Sequence record: OR805292.1
Reading direction: 5' to 3' (one strand)
Length of the DNA stretch: 64,000 bases
Position 1 is the first letter of the stretch, and the number at the start of each line of letters is the position of its first letter. Shown one piece after another: positions 1 to 8,597 of the stretch. Below the pieces are notes generated by a model that made no database searches, had not been told where the DNA came from, and saw only the letters and a program-made list of their open reading frames with translations. The position numbers and the translations under genes were made by a program.

Positions 1-380
1 TTAACGGGGTAGTAGTAGGGCAAGCTTTCCCGCTCTACAGCACAAAAACCCAGCGTAGCTGGAACGCGAGCATGCACGCTACCGTTAACGGCGTAGAGGT
101 GCAGTTTGCACAGGAAGGCGTGTTCAGTGCAATCCGCATTGCACGGGCGTTCGAGGATGCAGTAAAGCATGCCGTTAGCAACGGCGAACAAGGGCAACCC
201 CTCCCCGCGCCGGCGGCGGCAGAAGCGCAAGCAGAAGCGCAAGCAGAAGCGCAAGCAGAAGCCCCGGTAGCGCAGACCGAGGATGCGCCGGAGACCCCGG
301 CAGCCGAAGCTAAGCCCGCCCGCAAAGGCGGCAGCAAAGGCGGCAGCAAAGGCGGCAGCAAAGGCGGCAGCAAAAAGTAA
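1..380 (+). CDS. 5'-truncated early protein with Ala/Glu/Lys-rich low-complexity tail; paralog of 7188..7646
   Basis: Frame is open from the window edge (NGVVVGQAFPLYSTKTQRSWNASM...). It shares KTQRxW and GVFSAIRIARA with 7188..7646, is GC-rich in codon use, and has tandem AEAQ x3 and KGGS x4. Confidence 0.85.
   Translation, partial: NGVVVGQAFPLYSTKTQRSWNASMHATVNGVEVQFAQEGVFSAIRIARAFEDAVKHAVSNGEQGQPLPAPAAAEAQAEAQAEAQAEAPVAQTEDAPETPAAEAKPARKGGSKGGSKGGSKGGSKK
324..371 (+). repeat. 12-bp tandem repeat x4 (AAAGGCGGCAGC, encodes KGGS)
   Basis: Read directly. A second 12-bp repeat, GCAGAAGCGCAA x3, lies at 219-254. Confidence 0.95.
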
Positions 381-394
381 GCGCTGCTAACACA

Positions 395-422
395 GGAAAG
401 GGGCAACTGCCCCTTTCCTTTT
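395..422 (+). terminator. Rho-independent terminator (early-region GGGGC/GCCCC family)
   Basis: GGAAAGGGGC-AACT-GCCCCTTTCC followed by TTTT, directly after a stop codon. Confidence 0.9.
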
Positions 423-432
423 ATGTCCTAGT

Positions 433-459
433 TGTAAACGCAAATTAATCTTATTTGCA
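433..459. promoter_or_regulatory. 27-bp quasi-palindromic Fur-box-like site (representative of the family)
   Basis: TGTAAA-CGCAAAT-T-AATCTTA-TTTGCA. The half-site TCTTATTTGCA occurs 12 times exactly, in either orientation, between 449 and 8680. Confidence 0.75.
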
Positions 460-480
460 TTTGCACAAGTCAATCTCCGG

Positions 481-508
481 TTGCATTACTGCGGTAAGAT
501 GTTAGTAT
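481..508 (+). promoter_or_regulatory. sigma70-like early promoter
   Basis: TTGCAT-N16-TAGTAT with an extended TGn -10. It is repeated at 1358-1385, with a similar promoter near 2139-2166. Confidence 0.7.
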
Positions 509-534
509 ATATGTAGCTATACGGAGTAATTGCT

Positions 535-765
535 ATGAAGCGCAAGTACCTAAAGGCACAGTTCGAGCATGTCAGTGCCGGGCGAGTTGCAAAAGAACTC
601 GACGAGAAGTTCAATTTCGTTGTAGGCGATAATGTACACTACTGGGCCATCTTCGAAACTAATGTCAAACCCGAAGTTCTACAAAAGGCAATTCATGACA
701 TGAACGGTGGTGCTTACTGCCATGCATATTCTATTCCGTATGAGGATGTAGAGGAGTATCTCTAA
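535..765 (+). CDS. hypothetical early protein (76 aa)
   Basis: ORF with GGAG SD downstream of a promoter. Confidence 0.8.
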   Translation: MKRKYLKAQFEHVSAGRVAKELDEKFNFVVGDNVHYWAIFETNVKPEVLQKAIHDMNGGAYCHAYSIPYEDVEEYL

Positions 766-979
766 TGCTCTACTATCGCGATGTTTATGCAGGTGTTTGC
801 TGTTAAACTTGTATAGCCGGCACCAGGTCGCATATAACACGCCTAGCCCCATGCAAACTGCGGACATGATCCATTCACGCCTGCAGCGTATGTTCGAAGA
901 ATTCGGTTGCAAGCCCGATGGTTGCTCTGCTAGCATGTACGAGGATAAGACGCACATTACACTAGCCTGGAGCAAGTAA
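765..979 (+). pseudogene. probable frameshifted small gene (start 765 in one frame, body 797..979 in the -1 frame)
   Basis: GAGGAG SD plus a TAATG-coupled ATG at 765 gives only 13 aa. One extra T in the T run at 796-798 would join it to the 797..979 ORF. Confidence 0.45.
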
Positions 980-1270
980 ATGGATATGTCGATTGTGAAC
1001 AAGCGCTTCGAGAAAGAACTAGCGCTGTTTAATGTCGAAGTTCTCAGTAAGCGCACAGTGAATCATATAACGAAACCGAACATCGAAGTTTCGTTCAAAC
1101 TAAAGGGTCATACTACTGAAGAAGAGATGACCACTGTTACTCAGCTCGCACGTCCCATTATGGAGTATGTAAGCGGACGTAGGGTGGTCTGGGCACATAC
1201 CGGTCTTTGGCGCTCAATGAAAGACGACCTCGAAGTAGCAGTGCTGACAATGAAGTTATCCAAACAATAA
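980..1270 (+). CDS. hypothetical early protein (96 aa)
   Basis: ORF abutting the upstream stop, with GGAG SD, followed by a terminator. Confidence 0.8.
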   Translation: MDMSIVNKRFEKELALFNVEVLSKRTVNHITKPNIEVSFKLKGHTTEEEMTTVTQLARPIMEYVSGRRVVWAHTGLWRSMKDDLEVAVLTMKLSKQ

Positions 1271-1272
1271 GA

Positions 1273-1385
1273 GAAAGGGGCAACTGCCCCTTTCCTTTTA
1301 TGTCCTAGTTGTAAACGCAAATTAATCTTATTTGCATTTGCACAAGTCAATCTCCTGTTGCATTACTGCGATAAGATGTTAGTAT
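1273..1385 (+). repeat. 113-bp regulatory cassette copy 2
   Basis: Near-identical to 396-508. Confidence 0.95.
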
Positions 1386-1425
1386 GTGCTTGGCAGTAAC
1401 ACATAACTAGCAGGAGCAACAGACA

Positions 1426-1674
1426 ATGGCTAAAGTATTGCACGTTAACAGCATCGGCAACGTCGCCGAAGTGTTTACATCTGTAGACCTCGACAGCGCC
1501 TTGTTGCACGCAATCAAGCGCTGTGCAATGATGGGCAAGGTTAAGGTTGTCGGTCCCAACGCTCCCGTGTTTGCTAGCCACTACTACGCACTGAGAGCGT
1601 ACGACGTGCAGTGGCGCCTCGTTCCACCGGGCTGCGACGTTACTTTGTACGTCATCGCCGAGGACAACAACTAA
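1426..1674 (+). CDS. hypothetical early protein (82 aa)
   Basis: AGCAGGAG SD at 1409-1416. Confidence 0.8.
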   Translation: MAKVLHVNSIGNVAEVFTSVDLDSALLHAIKRCAMMGKVKVVGPNAPVFASHYYALRAYDVQWRLVPPGCDVTLYVIAEDNN

Positions 1675-1685
1675 GGAGAGACACC

Positions 1686-1988
1686 ATGAATCTCGTTCAT
1701 CTGTGGATCAACGGGCGTGTTGTGACTGCCCGCAAGGTTGTCAGTAAGCATACTGTCCGCAATCCGAACAGTCCGATCGATATCGAGACTATCGACGTTG
1801 TTCGACTGCGTCTGCCCCGCGGTGTGCGTGCTAGCAGTTGGGCACTCCGTAAGGCAGTGTACCAGCTCATGGAGCAAAGCTGTAGCTGCTCGAGAGACTG
1901 TTGTGGACACTGGTTCGGCGGCGCACGCAAGATCTACATTAAAGGCAGAGACGTCAGTGTAGTTGCCGGGTACCAGCGCAATTACTAA
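1686..1988 (+). CDS. hypothetical protein with CSCSRDCCGHW Cys cluster (100 aa)
   Basis: AGGAGAG SD precedes ATG 1686 (the track ORF start of 1611 is likely too long). A terminator follows at 1989-2018. Confidence 0.8.
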   Translation: MNLVHLWINGRVVTARKVVSKHTVRNPNSPIDIETIDVVRLRLPRGVRASSWALRKAVYQLMEQSCSCSRDCCGHWFGGARKIYIKGRDVSVVAGYQRNY

Positions 1989-2208
1989 AGGAAAGGGGGC
2001 AGTTGCCCCTTTCCTTTTATCCATTAATGTGCAAACGCGAATTATTCTTATTTGCACAGGGCAGTGAGATGCGAATGCAAATAAGAGGTATTCTTAATAC
2101 TGCCGGGTGATAAGAATTGTTCACAAAAAGAAAAAAGCTTGCATTATGCTACACAGGTGCTAGTATGTGTATTGCAGTACCTATAAACATTAATAGCAGG
2201 ATAAGAAA

Positions 2209-2529
2209 ATGGTTGACTTCAAAGGTTTTAACTGGGACGCACTAGTTCCAGAGGACAACGTTTCCACAGTTTCCATTAAAAATCACTACGAGGAACTCCT
2301 ACAAAGTTTTGTTGACAACGGCATAGACTATGTGTTAGTCCGGCTGTCCCAGGAACTGCCGCACTACGAGGATTCAGATTATCCCTGCTACAAATTGGTT
2401 GACAAGTATGCAGGATGGATAGTAGGCTGGGACTACTACGGATTTGTTGTGGAACGCATGGACACGCACCTTTTCTTTGACAACTGCACTGCAAAGGGTG
2501 TAATGGACTTCTTGGAAGCTAACGGCTAG
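2209..2529 (+). CDS. hypothetical acidic protein (106 aa)
   Basis: Promoter and AGGA SD upstream; terminator at about 2534-2564. Confidence 0.8.
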   Translation: MVDFKGFNWDALVPEDNVSTVSIKNHYEELLQSFVDNGIDYVLVRLSQELPHYEDSDYPCYKLVDKYAGWIVGWDYYGFVVERMDTHLFFDNCTAKGVMDFLEANG

Positions 2530-2750
2530 CACAAAAAAGGAAGGGGCGCAAGCCCTTTTCTTTTGTCTGCAATTTCTGTGCAAATAAGAACTATTACTGA
2601 TGTGGTAAAAGCACAATGCAAATAAGACGCATTCTTGATTAGGCCTGATAATAAGTTCTTATTAACAACAAAGAAACTGAATAAGAATAATTCTGAAAAA
2701 TAACCTGCAGCGTAACACAAATTTGCAAGCCCTTTTTAATATGCGTTTGT

Positions 2751-2810
2751 TAAGATTAGTTCTTATTTGTAATGATAATATCCCTGCCTTACAAATAAGA
2801 ACTAATCTTA
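2751..2810. repeat. perfect 22-bp inverted repeat with 16-nt spacer containing box variants
   Basis: TAAGATTAGTTCTTATTTGTAA (2751-2772) and TTACAAATAAGAACTAATCTTA (2789-2810). Confidence 0.95.
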
Positions 2811-2959
2811 GAACAAATATTCACTTGATTTTTCTCCCGATATAGTGTATGTGTATATTAGATAAGATTAAGTCTTGTTTGCTTGTTACATTTTATATGT
2901 TGCAATGCTAAGGCAATGACACTATTATATGTACAGCAACACAAAACAGGAGATATAAC

Positions 2960-3265
2960 ATGTCAGCAGAATTGAAGCGGTTGTTAGAGATTTTTCCAAC
3001 CTTTAAATCATTCATTTATGCTGAAGGGGCATATGGCATTGATGTTTGGAAGGCTACGGGTAGTGTTACTTTGGAACAGGTATTCAATGCTGTTAATGCA
3101 GGTAATGCAGAATGGCAATGTAAAGGTGATCCAACATGCAGCCTGGAACAAAACAGCATGTATATTTTTATTACTATTCGGGAACCAGACTACACAGGAA
3201 TGGTTGACATCGATGTTTGTGTAAAGATTACTAACGGTAATGAAGTAAGTTACCAAATAGCATAA
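2960..3265 (+). CDS. hypothetical protein (101 aa)
   Basis: CAGGAG SD; terminator at about 3268-3294. Confidence 0.8.
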   Translation: MSAELKRLLEIFPTFKSFIYAEGAYGIDVWKATGSVTLEQVFNAVNAGNAEWQCKGDPTCSLEQNSMYIFITIREPDYTGMVDIDVCVKITNGNEVSYQIA

Positions 3266-3401
3266 TAAAGGAAAGGGGCAACTGCCCTTTTTCTTATGAC
3301 CATTGATGCAAACTATTCTTATTTGCACATCAAAAAAATATCTATTGAATTCTATCAATATGATGCTATTATATATAGTGTAATTAACTAGGAGTAAAGT
3401 T

Positions 3402-3689
3402 ATGCAACCTCTAAAGCAATTGCCACAAAACTACGCAATAATCACTCCAACTAGTGTTACTAATTTTAACTGCACCTTTTCTCAAGCCTATTGCAGAATA
3501 AAAGCAGAATGCAAAAACGTTTTCTGCTGGGTTCGTTGGGGTGACCACGGCGTTGCAATGAAGCGCCGAATTGATCCACCGTATGTAGTGTATAGAAACA
3601 ACGGACGACAACGAAAAGTAGTTCTTGTAAACGTAGACAAAGCCCCTGTTAATTGGCAAGACGAACTTAAACAACTATACAAATGGTAA
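3402..3689 (+). CDS. hypothetical basic protein (95 aa)
   Basis: TAGGAG SD; terminator at 3692-3720. Confidence 0.8.
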   Translation: MQPLKQLPQNYAIITPTSVTNFNCTFSQAYCRIKAECKNVFCWVRWGDHGVAMKRRIDPPYVVYRNNGRQRKVVLVNVDKAPVNWQDELKQLYKW

Positions 3690-3691
3690 TT

Positions 3692-3720
3692 AAGAAAAGG
3701 GCTATAATAGCCCTTTTCTT
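3692..3720. terminator. symmetric Rho-independent terminator
   Basis: AAGAAAAGGGCTA-TAA-TAGCCCTTTTCTT. Confidence 0.9.
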
Positions 3721-3870
3721 ATGACCGTTAATGCAAACTATTCTTATTTGCACGATCCCGCACTTATAACACAAGTATGCTACAAAAGCAAGAATAAAAT
3801 TAACTTGACACCTATATGTAGAATATAGCACAATGTGTTTATAAATTATATTACTACAGGAGTGCTAACC

Positions 3871-4242
3871 ATGTTCAAATGCAAATTGTTTGTAGTAGAT
3901 CCTGTTTATAACAACCTTTGCTACACTCAACAAATATGGCTCGATAGTGACATAAATGTGTGTAGCCAAATAAAGCGTATTATTTCTGACGCAGAATTGG
4001 CATGCGCAAACAGGATAGTAAATAATCCTCATAGTCCGCTGTGCGTTAAATCGGCAGCATTAAAAATGGTTATGGACGGGCGCATTGACATCGAACTCAA
4101 AGATGTCGATAGTTACGTTGATCAATATAAAGACATTCTCCCTAGCACAAATATTTTGGGTGTTTTTAAACCGACGTTTTTATCTAACTGGAAAGAAGAG
4201 TGTGAACTTTATTTCCTCACTTGTGTTGAAAAAGACAATTAA
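3871..4242 (+). CDS. hypothetical protein (~123 aa)
   Basis: CAGGAG SD supports ATG 3871 over the track start of 3835. Confidence 0.75.
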   Translation: MFKCKLFVVDPVYNNLCYTQQIWLDSDINVCSQIKRIISDAELACANRIVNNPHSPLCVKSAALKMVMDGRIDIELKDVDSYVDQYKDILPSTNILGVFKPTFLSNWKEECELYFLTCVEKDN

Positions 4243-4253
4243 TATAATATAAT

Positions 4254-4541
4254 ATGGAAGATGATTTAAAAAATATTGTTTCGAAGACTATCTTATCTAA
4301 TAAAATTAAGATAGTCTCTTTACGTACTGTAGTAAAAACTCAGTATAAAAGAGTAGACTTCCATTATAAGATAGAATGTGAAAATAGTTCTACAAAACGT
4401 AATTTGGTATTTGCCCGTATATGCAAACCATTAGAACACACATTAGGTTCAAAACTTGTTTATGTAGATGTTGTGCCTATCAAGTTTAAGAAAGATGAAA
4501 TGCCATCTACTATTCTATCGGTAAGTGTAATGACTAGTTGA
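4254..4541 (+). CDS. hypothetical protein (95 aa)
   Basis: ORF directly downstream of the previous gene. Confidence 0.7.
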   Translation: MEDDLKNIVSKTILSNKIKIVSLRTVVKTQYKRVDFHYKIECENSSTKRNLVFARICKPLEHTLGSKLVYVDVVPIKFKKDEMPSTILSVSVMTS

Positions 4542-4692
4542 TATTTGGATTTTATATTTGGAAATATAATAGTAATTCTTATTTGCAATTATAATATATT
4601 CTTGTTTACTTTTAAAATAAAAGCAAATTCTAGTTGCATAGCTAGCGGCAATGTGCTAGTATATTAAAAAATAAAGACAGGAGTGTTATTAC

Positions 4693-4875
4693 ATGCAAAC
4701 CAAAGCAACCGAGTTGGCAGTAGGCGATGTTGTTTTCTACAATGGCATGAAAATGACTATCCAGAAAATTTCAAAAGGTCGGTGTGCAATAGATATTACA
4801 CTAGTAAATACTTTGGCTAAACTCACATCTTATGTGACAGTCGACTATGATGAAGAATTTGAAGAAGTATTATAA
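4693..4875 (+). CDS. small beta-rich (possibly SH3/KOW-like) protein (60 aa)
   Basis: CAGGAG SD; the ELAVGDVVFYNG pattern suggests the fold (inference). Confidence 0.7.
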   Translation: MQTKATELAVGDVVFYNGMKMTIQKISKGRCAIDITLVNTLAKLTSYVTVDYDEEFEEVL

Positions 4876-4893
4876 TGCAGAAATTATAGTCAT

Positions 4894-4920
4894 AAGAAAA
4901 GGGGCAATGCCCCTTTTCTT
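4894..4920. terminator. bidirectional terminator between convergent genes
   Basis: AAGAAAAGGGGCAATGCCCTTTTCTT. Confidence 0.85.
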
Positions 4921-5158
4921 ATAGTCCCAACAAATGTTTGCCACTTTTGACTTGCATCATACGTACTTTCTTTTTGCGCATTTGCGTTCTTACGTTCAGG
5001 CTGTTGGGACCTTTGAAGCTATACAGTATTTCAGTAGTCCCGTCTTCATAGTTGCGTACCACATTTGCAACAATTTGACTGCCTTCCTGGAACGCTTCGA
5101 TAAACACACAGTAATTGAAATTTTCCTTGTTAGCGTTATGTGCGCGTAGTTGCATCAT
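4919..5158 (-). CDS. hypothetical protein (79 aa), the only clear minus-strand early gene
   Basis: GCAGGAG SD on the minus strand, with a minus-strand TTGCAT..TACTAT promoter upstream. Confidence 0.75.
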   Translation of the reverse strand: MMQLRAHNANKENFNYCVFIEAFQEGSQIVANVVRNYEDGTTEILYSFKGPNSLNVRTQMRKKKVRMMQVKSGKHLLGL

Positions 5159-5512
5159 TTTCTGTTACTCCTGCGTTGTTTTGCTTTGTTATGTGTAGTA
5201 TACGCTATGTGTGTACTAATGCAAGAATTTTCTTCCATTTTCTTTCAAATAAAATGTTATTAGCATCTATTCTGTTATAACATTTTCTACAACTTCATGC
5301 TTTGCAAATAAGAATTAATCGCATTTGCATTCCTACCTATTTGCCTAAAATTTAGGCAGCCTGGGTGATTGTCTCCCCCTCCCTATTACTGGTCTCTGTA
5401 TAAAGATAATAGCATATTTGTATCTGCATGCAAGCATTTTTTTGTAGAATTTTCCTCTTGACATTCCTTGCTGTAGGCTACATTATGCACACACGAAGCA
5501 GGAGATACCATT

Positions 5513-5893
5513 ATGGCACTCATAGCATTAGTAGCAACTGCGTATGACAAAGAAGGCGATAAGTTCGACTATGTTCGATATCTTAAAGCTCATATCAATT
5601 TTGTTTCTGCTCAAGATCAACTGAAAGAATGGATCAAAAACAAAATTGATGCAAGTATAGCAGAAGTTAAAATCGGATTACGTGCAGAAATCGAAGTATT
5701 GGCCTATTTGGGAAACTATATAAGCCATAGTCAACGGATTATTAGTCCCGCCGGGATCATCATGTACATTGTTCTTGATGAGAAGTATGTTAATGAACTT
5801 CACGGTCAAATTTCTAATGCAATTGATTGTGAAGAAAAGAAACATGTAATAAAGAAAGAAGAAAACGTCACTTATATTGATTTTAAAAAATAA
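5513..5893 (+). CDS. hypothetical protein (126 aa)
   Basis: TTGACA promoter at 5458; AGCAGGAG SD. Confidence 0.8.
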   Translation: MALIALVATAYDKEGDKFDYVRYLKAHINFVSAQDQLKEWIKNKIDASIAEVKIGLRAEIEVLAYLGNYISHSQRIISPAGIIMYIVLDEKYVNELHGQISNAIDCEEKKHVIKKEENVTYIDFKK

Positions 5894-5929
5894 CTTGCAT
5901 TAGCTGTAATGTATATGTATTATGTACTC

Positions 5930-6086
5930 AAGTTTGCAGCAAGACGTATTAATTTGTTTTGCTGTTAGTTGTAACTCCTGCTACCAAGTATGTGTTGAGC
6001 TAATGCTCCTGACTTGGTTCTTGGTACACTGGTTTGGGTGTACCGTTCTTGAGCTGCAAAGGGCTTGCCCGGAGCAGCTTTTTTTT
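5930..6086 (+). ncRNA. candidate ~155-nt structured sRNA
   Basis: TTGCAT-N17-TATTAT promoter (5895-5923), no plausible ORF, stems 5936-5945/5956-5965, 5984-5989/6012-6017 and 6023-6029/6038-6044, and a terminator ending in T8. Confidence 0.65.
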
Positions 6087-6167
6087 GACTAATAATATTC
6101 ATTTGACAAAAAATAATAATTAAAAATATAATAGCTTAGTGTATAACTTTCCCATATTAGGCTAATT

Positions 6168-6539
6168 ATGAAATTTGTTATTGCTGCTATTGCATTGTCT
6201 TTGTCCACACTAGTTTCTGCAGAATCTATTTCTGAAGTTAAGATAACTAAAGAAACATGCCTTACACTTCTAGAATTATCTAAGATTCATGTTGATATGG
6301 TAGTAAATGAACATATGAATGCAATACAAATTGCATCTCATATGGATATTGTATCTAATTTGTATAAGAATAATAATAGTAAATGGCTTGCATTCTTGCA
6401 AGCTCAAGCAAATATTTCAAAATTAATTGATAACGTATATGAGTTTTCATCTACCGAAGAAAGAAAGATTATTCCTCTAGCCATATTTAACGGTTGTATG
6501 GAAAGAGTTGGTAATACTTTTGAAATATATAAGAAATAA
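6168..6539 (+). CDS. secreted/periplasmic protein with signal peptide (123 aa)
   Basis: MKFVIAAIALSLSTLVSA is a Sec-type signal; TTGACA-N18-TATAAT promoter at 6103-6132. Confidence 0.8.
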   Translation: MKFVIAAIALSLSTLVSAESISEVKITKETCLTLLELSKIHVDMVVNEHMNAIQIASHMDIVSNLYKNNNSKWLAFLQAQANISKLIDNVYEFSSTEERKIIPLAIFNGCMERVGNTFEIYKK

Positions 6540-6855
6540 TATGTATAATGTATATGTAGTCCATAGAATAGTCAATACAGGCGTTGAGACTAATATTTGC
6601 GATATAGAACGTTACGTTACAATTAACGACGTCGGTGCTATATCAAAGTTTCTTACTTTTAAAGAACATATAGCAGCAAACCCAAACTTATATATACGAT
6701 TAATTACTACTGGATTTAATACTAAAAAGAACATATTAGAATTAAATTTATCCAAAAAAGAATATGTAGTATCAGGTTTTAGAGTTACATCAACTAATAT
6801 AAATGAATGTATTGAATATTACCTGTGTAGAAGGATATTTAAGTTACATGATTGA
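6540..6855 (+). CDS. hypothetical protein (~105 aa; start probably ATG near 6541)
   Basis: Track ORF 6508..6855; an ATG follows the previous stop. Confidence 0.65.
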
Positions 6856-6973
6856 ATTTATATTAAAATCCCTTTTATTAACTTCAGTTGTCAGTGTTGG
6901 CATACTACTGTTATTCATTATTATTTCATTGTTAATGTTTGGCTTAGCACCGATAGTTCCATTCCTTATTTAA
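6848..6973 (+). CDS. 41-aa hydrophobic membrane peptide (not in ORF track)
   Basis: MIEFILKSLLLTSVVSVGILLLFIIISLLMFGLAPIVPFLI; its start overlaps the upstream stop. Confidence 0.6.
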   Translation: MIEFILKSLLLTSVVSVGILLLFIIISLLMFGLAPIVPFLI

Positions 6974-7187
6974 TTTTAATTATTTGCAAGCAAATGCAAA
7001 TGCGAATAATTCTTATTATCCAGCAGGCCACTGTACCTAATCTTCGTTAGATAAAATCTATTAGAATCTACAAAGTCCATTAAAACGTTCAATTGTACAT
7101 GGTGGCCAGATCTGCATATACTACACACATGAAGCAAGCAAACAGCGCTTCATAAACAAACCCAAATACAGCTAGGAGTTCCAAATC

Positions 7188-7646
7188 ATGACCAAAGCAA
7201 CCGTTACCGTCGAGCAATCCGCAATCAAACTGGTTCGCCGCAACCTGGAAGGGCACCGGCAAGCCCTGTTGCTGAACGGCGTCGAAGTAGGCAGCAGCGA
7301 AGCGTTCTACAAGACCAAAACCCAGCGCACCTGGTCGGCGAAGATCGACGCCAACATCAACGGCAAGGACATCGTCCTCGAACAGAAAGGCGTGTTCAGC
7401 GCGATCCGGATCGCCCGGGCGATGGAACAAGCAATCCTGTTCATCCTGACCGACGGCAAAGAAGGCGCCGAGATGCCGGCCAGCACGCTGAGCAAGGAAG
7501 AGCAAGCCCACAACCTGGTCAAGGCAGTAGTCCAGGTCGCCGGCCACGCAGTCCAGTCCGGCGCCGAGGGCAAGGGCGATGCCGACGCTGCCCCGGCGAA
7601 GAAAGGCAGCTCGAAGAAGCGCAAAGAAGCCCAGCCGGAAGCATAA
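7188..7646 (+). CDS. early protein, paralog of <1..380, GC-rich host-like codon usage
   Basis: AGGAG SD; shared GVFSAIRIARA block; basic Ala/Lys tail. Confidence 0.9.
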   Translation: MTKATVTVEQSAIKLVRRNLEGHRQALLLNGVEVGSSEAFYKTKTQRTWSAKIDANINGKDIVLEQKGVFSAIRIARAMEQAILFILTDGKEGAEMPASTLSKEEQAHNLVKAVVQVAGHAVQSGAEGKGDADAAPAKKGSSKKRKEAQPEA

Positions 7647-7660
7647 TCCGGACTACACCG

Positions 7661-7684
7661 AGAAAGCACCGAAAGGTGCTTTCT
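7661..7684 (+). terminator. terminator with GAAA tetraloop
   Basis: AGAAAGCACC-GAAA-GGTGCTTTCT. Confidence 0.9.
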
Positions 7685-7802
7685 CTATGACTGTTAATAG
7701 CAAATATTCTTATTTGCATCTAATCTGAAATAATAATAACTCTTATTTACAAATCATACTGAATACTGTATTTTACACACTAAACATTGTAGGTAATATA
7801 AA

Positions 7803-8291
7803 TTGAATATATTTGTGACTGACACAAATCCTTATATATGTGCCAAACATCATTGTGATATTCATCTAAGAAAGATGATAGTAGAAACAGCACAATTGTT
7901 AAGCACTACTCATTATATAATAAACGGATATACTCCTGCATATAAACCTACTCATAAAAATCACCCATGTGCCGTTTGGATTAGAGAAAGTTCAAATAAC
8001 TATAAATGGACTTATGAACTTCTTACAAGTCTTATAAATGAATTTGAATATAGATTTGACAAACAACATGCAACTAAAATTCACCTTTCGTCATTAAAAA
8101 CTATACCAAAACTCCCTAATATAGAAAGAACAGAGTTTGTCTTAGTTATGCCAGACGAATTTAAAACAGATAATGTAACACATTCATATCAGATATATTT
8201 GAATAACAAATTTAAAGAATGGGCATCGAGATCTAACAGACCCATTTATGCTACATATACAAAGACACCTAAACCATATTTTATTAGTTGA
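7803..8291 (+). CDS. pyrimidine-dimer DNA glycosylase / endonuclease V-like family protein
   Basis: MNIF..NP..CA..HCD.H..KM..E.AQLLST and YKPTH.NHPC..W.R.S..NY.W motifs. Confidence 0.85.
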   Translation: MNIFVTDTNPYICAKHHCDIHLRKMIVETAQLLSTTHYIINGYTPAYKPTHKNHPCAVWIRESSNNYKWTYELLTSLINEFEYRFDKQHATKIHLSSLKTIPKLPNIERTEFVLVMPDEFKTDNVTHSYQIYLNNKFKEWASRSNRPIYATYTKTPKPYFIS

Positions 8292-8363
8292 AATATAATA
8301 AAAATGATTGACACGTACATAAGATCACATTATGCTGTATAAAACAGCAAGGAGTAGATATAC

Positions 8364-8597
8364 ATGTACCGCAAACTGAATACAAATCCACGCCCAATGC
8401 CAAAAACAAAGGCAATTCCAACTAAATTTGTCATTCAGTACACTGCACGGAATAAAGCAACAGAAAGTTTGTTCAAAAAAAGAACTATTACATTACATGC
8501 GTTTGGGCGTCTCGATGCACAAACACTCCTATCAAAACATATCCGAAAAAATAATTTGGAATTAGGTGTAATTATTGATTTCGGTGAAACAGTTTAG
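8364..8597 (+). CDS. hypothetical basic protein (77 aa)
   Basis: TTGACA promoter at 8308, AAGGAG SD, terminator at 8608-8633. Confidence 0.8.
   Translation: MYRKLNTNPRPMPKTKAIPTKFVIQYTARNKATESLFKKRTITLHAFGRLDAQTLLSKHIRKNNLELGVIIDFGETV

Larger units (their letters stand above)
396..508 (+). repeat. 113-bp regulatory cassette copy 1 (terminator + Fur-like box + promoter)
   Basis: Matches 1273-1385 with 2 mismatches. Confidence 0.95.

Noticed and set aside
5930-6086. Twister or hammerhead ribozyme
   Set aside because: Partial look-alikes (TAACTCC; CAAGCCC on the minus strand) lack the full conserved core arrangement.
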